Part shown: positions 18,544-27,715 of the stretch, piece after piece
Layout of the letters: each line of letters opens with the position of its first letter
How positions within the stretch are numbered: position 1 is the stretch's first letter
Source: a virus
Lineage: Duplodnaviria; Caudoviricetes
Length of the DNA stretch: 64,000 nucleotides
Reading direction: 5' to 3' (one strand)
Virus record (IMG/VR): IMGVR_UViG_3300015050_000882
Coordinates: 5,006 to 69,005 of that record
Notes under the pieces: model-generated
What the model saw: the letters and a program-made list of their open reading frames with translations, nothing else
What the model was told of the DNA's origin: nothing
Database searches by the model: none
Program-made: the position numbers and the translations under genes

Positions 18544-20052
18544 TCAGTCTGCCAGGGTCGGAAGGTAGAAGAAGCACACCGCAAGCATGGTGTGGTTCAG
18601 GACAGGGTCCTGGGCAGCCGCAATCGTCAGCGGCAGCTTGATCTCGGTGTCCTTCTCAACCTGGGCGCGACCATCGCCCAGGCTAATCTGCGGGATGTCA
18701 AACACCCAGCCAGCGTTCTCCTTGACCATGGCGAAGTCCAGGGACACGTTGGCATTTGCGCGCACAGCAGCCGCAGCCGCCGCGCTCGTGAAGTAAGCGG
18801 TGACCGATCCCTCCACCACGAAGTCACCGGCGGTCGTGTCAAACGCCCCCAGCACTGCGATGGACTTGGACGGGACAATGCCGTTGTTGATGCTGATGCT
18901 CATCTCAGTCAGGTAGGTGAACACCGACAAGTCGGTGTCCGTGTTGAGCATCCGCAGGCGGCTGAAGTCAGAGCTGGTGTTGAAGGCAGGCTCATCCGGG
19001 ATGTCCGGGCGGGTCCCGGCCTTGGCCGACACCTCAAACTCTTCATCAATGCCCACAAAGCCAAAGTCCACCGTGACCTTGTCGGCGGTGGTGACCTTGA
19101 CCTCCATGGTGTTGGCGCTGCAGCCCAGCACGTACTGGTAGCCCACAGAGGCGTCCCCGGTGTACCGCTCCATCTGGTAGGTGCGGTGCTTGATCAGGTC
19201 CGGGTCATCCTCAGACCGGATGACAGAGCCAAAGAACATCTGGACGGTCTTGCCGGTCCCGGTCTCATCCACCGGGGTCCAGTTGAACTTGTCCAGCACG
19301 ATCTGAGCCGCCGTGACGGACAGGACGCGGGCAAAGCCCTGGTTGTTGGCAAAGCGGAGCGTGGCGCTGTCACCACCAAGGAAAATCCACTCACCCGGGA
19401 TGAGGCCCAGGGTGGTGAAGTCCACAGCGCCCGACGCCCGGTTGAGGTGCACCACCGGGTCCACGAAGTCCACGTTGAGCGTGGCCACCTCAAACTGGTA
19501 GCCCACCTCACGGATGGTGGCCGTGGTCGGGGGAGAGGCTTCAGTGGTCAGCTGCTCCGCCACGTTCACGTTGTCATCGCCACCCAGGACGGTGACCACC
19601 TTCAGGCCGTTGTTGGCGGTCTCAGTGAAGCCCTCGGCAAACAGCAGGCTGTGGACCAGGGGGAAGGAGGTGAAGCTGTCAGCCGCGATGTAGCCGTCAG
19701 TGGTCCCGCTCACGGAGAGGATGGGCCAGCCGGTGCCGTCAATCGGCGCGTTGCTGAACTTCTCCCGCCAGTCGGCAAAGAAGAAGCCCTGCATCAGGCT
19801 GTACAGGCTCTCCTGCAGGAAGTCGGACTGGAAGCCTGCGGTGGCGTCCAGGTCGGTGACCATCCCCTTCTTGCGCTGGCGCGTGCGGGTGATGGGCATG
19901 CGGGCGGTCTGGGACACCTGGCCCCCAAACTCCGCATAGCTGTTGGGCTCCAGGGGGAGCCAGACTTCAGTGCCAGCCAGCGTGCCAGGGGTGCCGTACA
20001 CCTCTTCAGCAAAACGCAGGCCGGTCAGGTTGCTGTCAATCTTGCCGGGCAT
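18544..20052 (-). CDS. Major tail tube protein (YuA-like)
   Basis: DSNLTGLRFAEE, LEPNSY, FNTSSDFSRL; position. Confidence 0.8.
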   Translation of the reverse strand: MPGKIDSNLTGLRFAEEVYGTPGTLAGTEVWLPLEPNSYAEFGGQVSQTARMPITRTRQRKKGMVTDLDATAGFQSDFLQESLYSLMQGFFFADWREKFSNAPIDGTGWPILSVSGTTDGYIAADSFTSFPLVHSLLFAEGFTETANNGLKVVTVLGGDDNVNVAEQLTTEASPPTTATIREVGYQFEVATLNVDFVDPVVHLNRASGAVDFTTLGLIPGEWIFLGGDSATLRFANNQGFARVLSVTAAQIVLDKFNWTPVDETGTGKTVQMFFGSVIRSEDDPDLIKHRTYQMERYTGDASVGYQYVLGCSANTMEVKVTTADKVTVDFGFVGIDEEFEVSAKAGTRPDIPDEPAFNTSSDFSRLRMLNTDTDLSVFTYLTEMSISINNGIVPSKSIAVLGAFDTTAGDFVVEGSVTAYFTSAAAAAAVRANANVSLDFAMVKENAGWVFDIPQISLGDGRAQVEKDTEIKLPLTIAAAQDPVLNHTMLAVCFFYLPTLAD

Positions 20053-20067
20053 TGTTGTGTTCCTTTA

Positions 20068-20520
20068 TCACTTGATGTCATCGTAGCTGAAGTCAGCCAG
20101 GACGTTAAGCTGCCACCACGGGTCGTCTGGGTCAGTCTCTTGTAGTCTTACATTCCTGAACCACACGTCACTTGACGTGGTGTTCCCCTCAAAGGCGTCC
20201 CGGGCGATGATGCCCAGGGCCTCAAGCACGCTGCCATCCGGGTCCTCCTTCTGGGAGGTGAACACCTGGACGGTGATGACGCCCACGCGGTCAAACCGGC
20301 GGTTGCCGGTCTGCCCCAGGGTCCTTTGACCGGCCTCGTTGTGCTGGACAGTCACCCTGGCCCAGGCCTCGTCAGACTGGGGCTTGTCAGCCTCAGCCAC
20401 TTCATTCCGCTGCCAGTAAATCCGGGGAGCCGTCCCGCCATTGAGGGCAGGGCTGTTGGCCTCCCAGGCCACCCGGAACAGGGCCAGCATCTCATCGCGT
20501 GCGGTCGGTGTTGAGGTCAT
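20068..20520 (-). CDS. Tail terminator-like protein
   Basis: WARVTVQH, GVITVQVFT; position. Confidence 0.7.
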   Translation of the reverse strand: MTSTPTARDEMLALFRVAWEANSPALNGGTAPRIYWQRNEVAEADKPQSDEAWARVTVQHNEAGQRTLGQTGNRRFDRVGVITVQVFTSQKEDPDGSVLEALGIIARDAFEGNTTSSDVWFRNVRLQETDPDDPWWQLNVLADFSYDDIK

Positions 20521-20900
20521 CGCCGCACCTGCATCGTGTAGAGGATCGGCACGCCATCCGGCGCAAGCACGTCCCGGGCCACCACTGCCCAGGGCTTCTC
20601 AGAGCCGAACACCAGGGTGTCCCGAAGCTCCGGGCCAGCGGTCAGTCCCGACGCGGGGATGAAAGCCAGCTGGTCACCCACCTGCACCTCGGTGCCGGGC
20701 AGGTACTTGTCACCCATGGTCCCCCAGGGGAGGAGGACGCACACGGCGGGGATGTCGGTTGGGGCAGCCTTGGTCGCCCTCCAGGGCTTGTCCGCATCGG
20801 CCACGGTCGGGTCAGCGGCCTGGCGGATTGAGCAGGCGCGGCCCTTCTTTGTGATCAGGCGGAGAGCAAGGGCAAGGGCTTTGTCATATTCAGCCATCAA
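20517..20900 (-). CDS. Head-tail joining protein
   Basis: Size, position, APDGVPILYTMQVR. Confidence 0.65.
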   Translation of the reverse strand: MMAEYDKALALALRLITKKGRACSIRQAADPTVADADKPWRATKAAPTDIPAVCVLLPWGTMGDKYLPGTEVQVGDQLAFIPASGLTAGPELRDTLVFGSEKPWAVVARDVLAPDGVPILYTMQVRR

Positions 20901-21412
20901 GCCCTCACTGCGGTGAGGCCGGTGCGGATCAGGCCAGCTGATGCCAGCATCCGGTCCACAGCAGGATATTCAGGGAGCATGTAGGCAGCCCCGGCGGCGT
21001 AGGTCACTGACTCCTGCAGCGGCCCCACACCCTCAGATTTGCTCATTATGACACGCCCTGTATCATCGGCCACAGGGTCGGGCCAGAGGTCTGCGGAGCG
21101 GGCACGCTGCGCCAGCTCCGCACAGGCCTGTTTGAGCGCGGTGGGCACCCCGGTGATCAGGTACTCATCGCGGTCATAGGCGTCACGGCGCGGCCACTGG
21201 GTGGTCTGCGTGTTGTTCCGCCGGATGCTCGCATACGTGTAGCGGGTGTCCAGGTAGGAGGTGGCCACCACGATGAAGGGTTGAAGGGTCGCGTCCAACA
21301 CCGCAGAGAGGTCCACGCCCCGGTCCAGGAAGTAGGCTTTCATGTAGGCAGCAGTGATGTAGGCAGTCGCGCCTGCAATGCTCCCATCATCATCCTGGAC
21401 CAAGAACGCCAT
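20897..21412 (-). CDS. Head-tail adaptor (DnaT-like family)
   Basis: QWPR, VPTALKQACAELA, GVGPLQESVTY. Confidence 0.75.
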   Translation of the reverse strand: MAFLVQDDDGSIAGATAYITAAYMKAYFLDRGVDLSAVLDATLQPFIVVATSYLDTRYTYASIRRNNTQTTQWPRRDAYDRDEYLITGVPTALKQACAELAQRARSADLWPDPVADDTGRVIMSKSEGVGPLQESVTYAAGAAYMLPEYPAVDRMLASAGLIRTGLTAVRA

Positions 21413-21458
21413 GTCAGGTCACCGTAGCCTTGCTGTGAGATATCATGATCACCTCCCC

Positions 21459-22004
21459 TCAGGCAGCTGCAGGTCGTACAAAGTTGTCAGTGGCCGCGTT
21501 CACCATGGCGCGGGTCACATCCGTGCGGCCCAGGGCAGCCTCCAGCGCGGCCATCTTGGGCTTGCCATCGGCGGTCCAGAGGTCGTCATTGGCCGGGTCC
21601 AGGGCCTTCACCGCTTCTGCGATTGCCCTTGATCCGTCCCCCGTGGCATTTCCAAGCCCCTCTGCCCCGGTCGCGGCTTGACCAGCTCCTGAGAGGTCAG
21701 CTGCTTGCTGGGTGGATGGTTCGCCCCCAGCTCCGCTCTGTACGTGGGCTTCCCCCCGGCTGACATCCCCGTCTTGATGAACTTCACGGGCACCGTCAAT
21801 CTCCTTCTGCAGGGCCTCAGCCGCCGGTCCCTCAGGGAGGGCCTGGAAGTTGCGGGCCATGTACTGGGTCATGCCGTTGACAAAGTCATCCGGCCCAGCC
21901 AGGGTGATCTTGCCGCCGGTGAACTTGTAGTCAGTCCCACCAGCCTTCAGGGTGACATCCTTGCCGGCCAGTGAGCCGACAAGGACCAGGGTGCGCTCTG
22001 CCAT
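21459..22004 (-). CDS. Putative virion protein
   Basis: In head module; WTADGKPKM C-terminal motif. Confidence 0.7.
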   Translation of the reverse strand: MAERTLVLVGSLAGKDVTLKAGGTDYKFTGGKITLAGPDDFVNGMTQYMARNFQALPEGPAAEALQKEIDGAREVHQDGDVSRGEAHVQSGAGGEPSTQQAADLSGAGQAATGAEGLGNATGDGSRAIAEAVKALDPANDDLWTADGKPKMAALEAALGRTDVTRAMVNAATDNFVRPAAA

Positions 22005-22016
22005 GATCGCTTTCCC

Positions 22017-22283
22017 TTATGCCACAACATCCAGGACCTTGGGCCCTGCAAAGCAGACGTGATCGCCCGCCGCGTCCAGCACACTGGCCAGACGGTTGGT
22101 GTTGAAGTAGCCCACGGGAAGGTCCATGCCCTGGGCAACCAGGACGGTGCGCGCCCGGGCCTGGATGAGGGCATCCGTGGTGTCCACGGCGTTGTCGATG
22201 GCAAGGATCACGCCATTGACACCGTTCCGCAGGTTGTTGTCTCCCGTGATGACACGTTCAACGATATGAACAACGACAGCCAT
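22017..22283 (-). CDS. Small head-module protein (possible decoration)
   Basis: AGGAG RBS; follows capsid gene. Confidence 0.65.
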   Translation of the reverse strand: MAVVVHIVERVITGDNNLRNGVNGVILAIDNAVDTTDALIQARARTVLVAQGMDLPVGYFNTNRLASVLDAAGDHVCFAGPKVLDVVA

Positions 22284-22334
22284 TTGTATCTCCTGAATGA
22301 GGGAGGTCCCGCCGGTGTGGCGGGACCTGGTTGA

Positions 22335-23255
22335 TCAGTTGGTGATGCCGTCTGCGACAGCCAGGCCCTTTTCAGAGAACAGCGCCAGGCCAGCGTACCA
22401 CTTGACGCGGGTGATGCTCTCATCCTTGGTTTCGCTCTCGCCCACGGGGACCACGTTGATGCCCGCCATCGCGCTGGCCGTCAGGCCGGCAATGCCGTGC
22501 ATCTGGGAGCCGTCATCCAGCGTGCCGCAGAAGATGGTGGTCTGGGCGGAGCCGCTGCCCTTGACCTGGGTGATGGGCACCCAGTCGTTGCGGAAGATGG
22601 GCACACCCCGGTATCCGGGGACGGTGCGCCCGGAGTCAAGGGTGATGACCTCGTTGATGGTCGCGCCGCCCAGGGCACGCAGCAGGACGTGGTAGCTGCG
22701 GATGGTGCGGGCGTGCATCATGAAGTAGTCCACCTGGCCGTCCTTGTCGGTCACCAGGTCCATCATCTCATCCATGATGACAAAGGACAGGGCGGTGCCG
22801 TTGTCGCCGGTCGTGGCCTTCTGGGTCGATGCGTACAGCATCAGCATGCCCGGGAACTGCTCAGACACGCCCGTGCCGTTGATCAGCATGTCCTGGTACT
22901 TGCGGCCCACGGTCTTGGCCTTGGAGGCAATCTGGATGGCCTCCTGGTTGTTGCCGTCACCGGAGCGGGTGGCCTTGATCAGGCCGTTGACCTCGGCATC
23001 ACCGATGATGGTGGTCAGGTTGCTGTTCACCTTGGTGAAGGTCGCGGCAGCCTTGGCAGTGATGGTGCCACCGACGCCCAGGACCTGGGCATCACCCAGG
23101 GTGTTCTCCCGGTTGTAGGCCAGGCTGTTGCCGTCGATGCCATCGAAGGGCAGGACGTCAAAGAAGGGGTTGACGGTGATGATGTTCTCAATCACGCCAG
23201 CAACCAGCTCATCCTGAGCCAGTTTGGCGGATTCAAGGAGGGTAACGGAAGCCAT
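22335..23255 (-). CDS. Major capsid protein (HK97 fold, YuA-like)
   Basis: MASVTLLESAKL, LPFDGIDGNSLAYNRE, RVKWYAGLALFS. Confidence 0.88.
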   Translation of the reverse strand: MASVTLLESAKLAQDELVAGVIENIITVNPFFDVLPFDGIDGNSLAYNRENTLGDAQVLGVGGTITAKAAATFTKVNSNLTTIIGDAEVNGLIKATRSGDGNNQEAIQIASKAKTVGRKYQDMLINGTGVSEQFPGMLMLYASTQKATTGDNGTALSFVIMDEMMDLVTDKDGQVDYFMMHARTIRSYHVLLRALGGATINEVITLDSGRTVPGYRGVPIFRNDWVPITQVKGSGSAQTTIFCGTLDDGSQMHGIAGLTASAMAGINVVPVGESETKDESITRVKWYAGLALFSEKGLAVADGITN

Positions 23256-23354
23256 TTGGGCATTCTCCATGTGTATTGCGTTGGAAGGAAACCAGCTTGC
23301 GGATCGCCCGCTGATGCCCTCCCGGATCGCCCATGGAGGTGTGGCCTGGCCAGG

Positions 23355-23384
23355 AACATAGGCTGAATGATGGGGGCCAGTCAA
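23355..23384 (-). promoter_or_regulatory. Promoter for capsid gene
   Basis: TTGACT-N18-TATGTT just after a terminator. Confidence 0.65.
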
Positions 23385-23389
23385 GTCCC

Positions 23390-23415
23390 AAAAAAGAGGC
23401 CACCCGGAGGTGGCC
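23390..23415 (-). terminator. Rho-independent terminator after scaffold gene
   Basis: GGCCACC-TCCG-GGTGGCC then TCTTTTTT. Confidence 0.8.
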
Positions 23416-23468
23416 AGTTTCAACAGGGAGGATGCCGGGAGTGACCCCCCGGCCCCTTCAGCCTAGCG

Positions 23469-24248
23469 TCAGCGGTTGCGGGCGGCAAGCCCCGCCTTGA
23501 TGCGGTCGATGGGGGTGGCGTCACCCCGGGCCTGTGCGGGCATCTTGTTCCCCGGGTTGGGCTTGGCCCCGCCGCCGCCCTTGGCCTCAGACTTGAACAG
23601 CGGCTTGTAGGTGTCGTTGCCCTTCATCTCCTTGACCAGCTCCCGGATGGTCATGGGCTGGCCGGTCCCGCCGCTGATGCGCGGGTCCCCGTCCTTGTCC
23701 ACCACCACCGCCTTGAACTCGCCATCCTGCTCCAGGACCTTGACGTGGCGCTCCACCAGCGGCATCGCCAGCTCAACAAACGCCTCCTCAGCGGCCAGGG
23801 CCTCGCTGGCCGTGGACTGGACCAGGTACTTGTGGACGGTCCCGCGCAGGGCATCGGACACCTTGCGCTCGTTGGCCACAGCCGTCTCCATGGCGGCCTT
23901 CATCTCGGTGCGGACCTTGTCCACGTTGAGCTTGCCCTCCTTGCCCTGGGCAGCCGCAGTCTCCAGCTCCTCCAGGCGGGCCTTGATCTTCTCCTTGATG
24001 GTGGGGAAGTCCTCCCCGAAGTCCTCCAGGCCGGACAAGTCAATGGTGCCCTTCTTCAGCAGCCCCTTGTTCTCATCCCTGATCTTGGTGTTGGCTGCGA
24101 ACAGGCCGGTGAAGGCATCCGCCACGCCACGCAGGTTCTCCGGGATGCTGTAACCGCCGCCGCCCTGCTTGGGCTGGTACATGGTCCGCAGGTTCTCCGG
24201 GATGGTGTTGAACCCATCGTCATCAACTTCATGCTTCAGAACAGTCAT
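23469..24248 (-). CDS. Capsid scaffold protein
   Basis: Charged coiled coil upstream of MCP; LFKSEAKGGGGA. Confidence 0.75.
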   Translation of the reverse strand: MTVLKHEVDDDGFNTIPENLRTMYQPKQGGGGYSIPENLRGVADAFTGLFAANTKIRDENKGLLKKGTIDLSGLEDFGEDFPTIKEKIKARLEELETAAAQGKEGKLNVDKVRTEMKAAMETAVANERKVSDALRGTVHKYLVQSTASEALAAEEAFVELAMPLVERHVKVLEQDGEFKAVVVDKDGDPRISGGTGQPMTIRELVKEMKGNDTYKPLFKSEAKGGGGAKPNPGNKMPAQARGDATPIDRIKAGLAARNR

Positions 24249-24302
24249 GGTAGTCTCCTGTGAATCGCTCACCCCCGGGTCGCCCGGGTGGAGGCTGGAA
24301 AA

Positions 24303-24551
24303 TCAGGCCCCCAGAGGGGCGCTGACAGGTTGACCAGAGGCTGAATACCAGCCCCCAGCAGGAAGCTCGCCCAACAGGGCAAGCAGGTTGCCTGAGGTGT
24401 CGTCACCCCGGGCACGGGTGCCATCCGGGAAGCGGACAAACGTGGTCACGCTCCGGTCTGGCATCACGTAGTACAGGACCTCAGGCCCCGGTTCATCAAG
24501 GTCCAGGATGCCAATGAGAAAGGCCTGCATCTTGTCTTCAATCGACATCAC
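24303..24551 (-). CDS. Small acidic protein coupled to MuF-ART (candidate immunity)
   Basis: GTGA overlap with MuF stop. Confidence 0.6.
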   Translation of the reverse strand: MMSIEDKMQAFLIGILDLDEPGPEVLYYVMPDRSVTTFVRFPDGTRARGDDTSGNLLALLGELPAGGWYSASGQPVSAPLGA

Positions 24552-27500
24552 ACCTCCTCCATCTCAATGATCCTCTGGACGTTGCCATAGTTGTCACGCT
24601 GCTCATTCACGCTCAGCACCCTGAAGCGTGCCCCGGGCGCAAAGAGTATCTCCTTTTCACCCTGGTTCAAACTGAAATAGTCCACGTCACGTGCGGACTT
24701 GTGCTTGGTGATCCTGAACTGGGTGTTGGACCCCCGGCCAAACCCACCGTTGGTGGAGGTGGAGGTGAAGCGTGTCTCCTCAACAATCTCGCCCACGGCG
24801 TACCGGGTGTTGAAGGCGGCCATCTTGCCCGACTGGACCTGGATGTTGCGGATCAGGAGCTTGTTGCCAGGGTAAGCAGGGAGCTTGCGCATGGCCTCCT
24901 GGGCCAGCTCGGACAGCGCCTGGACCTGGTAGTTGCTCGCATAGTCCCCCTGGGCCAGCTTGCCGTTGATCTGGTCATACCAGCCGCCGGTGTACTTCTG
25001 GACCACCGTGAACTCCAAGTCATTCAGCTGCTTGACGTTGGACCGGACCACGGTGCCAAACTCCCTCAGCACGGCGCTCCGCTTCTGCTCATCGGTGAAG
25101 CGGGGAGGAGGCGGGTGGCCATCCGCCGGGGTGAGGGCAGGGCGCTTGGGCGTCATCCCCACGTTGAGGGCCTTGGCCTTCTCCGCCGCCTGGGCAGCCT
25201 GGAGGGCAGCCTGCTTGGCGGCCTTCTCCGCCGCCTCAGCTGCGGCCTTGGCCCACGGCGGCTGCTTCAGGCCTGCCAGCTTCTCAATGAGGTCCAGCAG
25301 AGGCTTGCCCTTGACCGGGTCAAAGTCCCCGAACACCTGCTTGAGGACAACCTCAATGTCCTTCATGGAGCCGGTGGCCTTGACGTGGGCCACCCCGGCC
25401 TCAGCCGCCTTCTTGGACGTGGGCCCAAGGGCCTGCCAGCCCTTCTCCGCCGCGCTGATCTCCTGAGGCGTCAGCCGCACCGCCCCGGGCGCAGGCGTCT
25501 TGACCAGCACCACCTTGGGCTGCAGCTTGGCCTCCACCTTGGCCCAGTTGCCATAGACCTTGTGGAGGGTCAGCGCGGCCTTGGAGGAGGCTGAGGCATC
25601 CTCCATGAGCTCAAAGCCGTCCTGCAGCTGGTTCATCTTGTTGAGCACGGCGGTCGGGTTGAGCTTGGCCTCAGCCAGCGCCGCGTCCACCTCAACCTTG
25701 GGCGGCATGTCCGCCAGCTTCTTGGCCCCAGCCAGCTGCGCCTTGTAGGCAGCAATGGACTTGTCCGTGACGGTCGCATCCGGGAAATTGTACTTGACCG
25801 CCTCAAGGACGTCATCAAGGTTGTGACCGGCGCTGATCATCGCCTTGGCATAGCTGCTGACAGTGGCGTGGCCGGTGACCGGGAAGGAGAGGTGGCTGGC
25901 CTGGGGGACCTTGCCCTTGGGCCCAAGGGACTTCTCCAGCAGGGTCTGGATGGCCTTGATGTCGTCTGCGAAGGTCAGGAGGATGTTGGCTGAGGACGTG
26001 CCCCAGGACGTCACCGGCCCTGGGTTGAGGGCCAGCCCGAACAGCTCGTCAATCAGGACTTCCCCACTGATTCCCAAGGGGCCAAGGTCCACGCCCTGCG
26101 CGTGCTGGTAGATGGATGTCACCAAGTCTGACTTCAGCGGGTCCAGGGACTGGTCCCGGAGCAGGTGGCCCAGCCCGTTGGCATAGGTGGCCTTGAGCCG
26201 GTCCTCAGCCATCTTGCCGACAACCGGGCCGACAAACTTGACCCCCTTCTCATCCATGATGGTGTGGATGCCCTTGGGGAAGCCGTCCACCGCCGCGATG
26301 ATGTCAGCCCAGCCCGGGGGAGCTGCGGCCTGGACGTGGGCGGGGAGGGAGGCTTGGAAGTCCTGCAGCATCTCCGCCGCCTTGGTGGTCCCAACGCCCA
26401 CTTCACCGCCGCCGGGGAGCACCCCACTGTTCTGCATGGCCTTGCGGAGCAGACCCACCTGCTGTGTGGACACACCGGCGCTGGGGAAGGCTGCCTGGGC
26501 CTTGGCCAGCACTTCAAACTGGTCGGTGCCCTTGAGCAGCTCGTTGCGGATGTAGTTGCGCACGTTGGGAGCCGCCTTGGCCACCGTCAGGTCCATGACC
26601 TTCTTGGTGGCTCCGGTGGAGGTCACAAAGTCGCCAATGGGCGTGCCCTTGCGGAACAGCCCGCCCCGGGTCGCGCCAAGGACCTTGTCCTGAAATGCGG
26701 CCGGTTGGGTGCGGAGCCACTGCTCATAGGTCGTGGCCGCCGGTGCGGAGCCGACATTGGCGTCAGCCCACTCCTTGCGGACCTGCTGGATGGACTTCCC
26801 CTCAGCCTTGGCAATCTTGCGGAAGTCCACTTCACGCTTCTCACGGGTCCGGGTGTCGGTCACGGTCGGGCGGTCCCCGATCATGCCCAAGCCGTCCAGC
26901 ACCGCCACCAGGAGGGAGCGGCAGTTGGGGTGGGCAGGCGGCTGCGCGTCTGGCGGGGAGAGGAGCTGTTCACCGGGTGCCAGGGGTTTGTCGCCCATGG
27001 GGGCAACGTGGCCGTCCCGGCTGGCGCAGATGACCGATGTGCGCCCGTCAAGGGTCGCGGTCCACCGCTTCCCCCGGATGATGTCGCTGTTGGCCTCCCA
27101 GACCTGGTTGCGGGCCTGGTTGGACACGTGGTTGGTGGCCGTCCTCACGATGGTCTCAGCGTGCCGCCGGGACACCGCCAGCAGGCCATCAGCGTACTTG
27201 GCCTTGGCCGTCCCCCGGATGGTCCTGATCATCTCATCAGTGGTCTGGCCCTCGGTGACCCCCAGCGTGATCGCCCGGGTGATGGCGGCAGTGTCCTTGG
27301 CGGCCAGGTCGCTGAACCACTGGGACATTGTCGCCCCCTGGAACGGCTTGGCAACAGCAACCGCTGCTATCTTGTCCAGGTCCAGGGAGGCGGTCGTGTA
27401 CTCAATCGGGATGACCTTCTCAAGGGCCTGTCCCTCCCACTGGGCCTCAATCTTGGCCAGGGTCGTCAGGTCCAGCTTGGTGGTGTCCTGAAGCTCCTTC

Positions 27501-27715
27501 CAGATCGCGGTGCGCAGGTCAATGACCTCCTTGAGGAGGCTGTTCAGGCGGGACTTCTGGAAGTCGGTGAGGGAGCCGGTCAGCTTCTTCACCAGGTCCT
27601 GGTCCACCATTGTGAGGTGGTGGAGGATGTCGCCCAGCACGTCCTGGCTGTACTGGCGCACAGCAATCTGGCGCTGGAGCGTCAGGTCAAAGAGGTCCTG
27701 GTTGGCAGTGCTCAC
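24548..27715 (-). CDS. MuF (SPP1 gp7-like) head protein with C-terminal ADP-ribosyltransferase domain
   Basis: WTATLDGRT, PPAHPNCRS; C-terminal LIRN, FTSTS, GEKEILF (R-S-E triad). Confidence 0.85.
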   Translation of the reverse strand: MSTANQDLFDLTLQRQIAVRQYSQDVLGDILHHLTMVDQDLVKKLTGSLTDFQKSRLNSLLKEVIDLRTAIWKELQDTTKLDLTTLAKIEAQWEGQALEKVIPIEYTTASLDLDKIAAVAVAKPFQGATMSQWFSDLAAKDTAAITRAITLGVTEGQTTDEMIRTIRGTAKAKYADGLLAVSRRHAETIVRTATNHVSNQARNQVWEANSDIIRGKRWTATLDGRTSVICASRDGHVAPMGDKPLAPGEQLLSPPDAQPPAHPNCRSLLVAVLDGLGMIGDRPTVTDTRTREKREVDFRKIAKAEGKSIQQVRKEWADANVGSAPAATTYEQWLRTQPAAFQDKVLGATRGGLFRKGTPIGDFVTSTGATKKVMDLTVAKAAPNVRNYIRNELLKGTDQFEVLAKAQAAFPSAGVSTQQVGLLRKAMQNSGVLPGGGEVGVGTTKAAEMLQDFQASLPAHVQAAAPPGWADIIAAVDGFPKGIHTIMDEKGVKFVGPVVGKMAEDRLKATYANGLGHLLRDQSLDPLKSDLVTSIYQHAQGVDLGPLGISGEVLIDELFGLALNPGPVTSWGTSSANILLTFADDIKAIQTLLEKSLGPKGKVPQASHLSFPVTGHATVSSYAKAMISAGHNLDDVLEAVKYNFPDATVTDKSIAAYKAQLAGAKKLADMPPKVEVDAALAEAKLNPTAVLNKMNQLQDGFELMEDASASSKAALTLHKVYGNWAKVEAKLQPKVVLVKTPAPGAVRLTPQEISAAEKGWQALGPTSKKAAEAGVAHVKATGSMKDIEVVLKQVFGDFDPVKGKPLLDLIEKLAGLKQPPWAKAAAEAAEKAAKQAALQAAQAAEKAKALNVGMTPKRPALTPADGHPPPPRFTDEQKRSAVLREFGTVVRSNVKQLNDLEFTVVQKYTGGWYDQINGKLAQGDYASNYQVQALSELAQEAMRKLPAYPGNKLLIRNIQVQSGKMAAFNTRYAVGEIVEETRFTSTSTNGGFGRGSNTQFRITKHKSARDVDYFSLNQGEKEILFAPGARFRVLSVNEQRDNYGNVQRIIEMEEV

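Noticed and set aside
22335-23423. ORF-track upstream extensions of MCP and several other genes
   Set aside because: They run through promoters or terminators; downstream starts have proper RBS.
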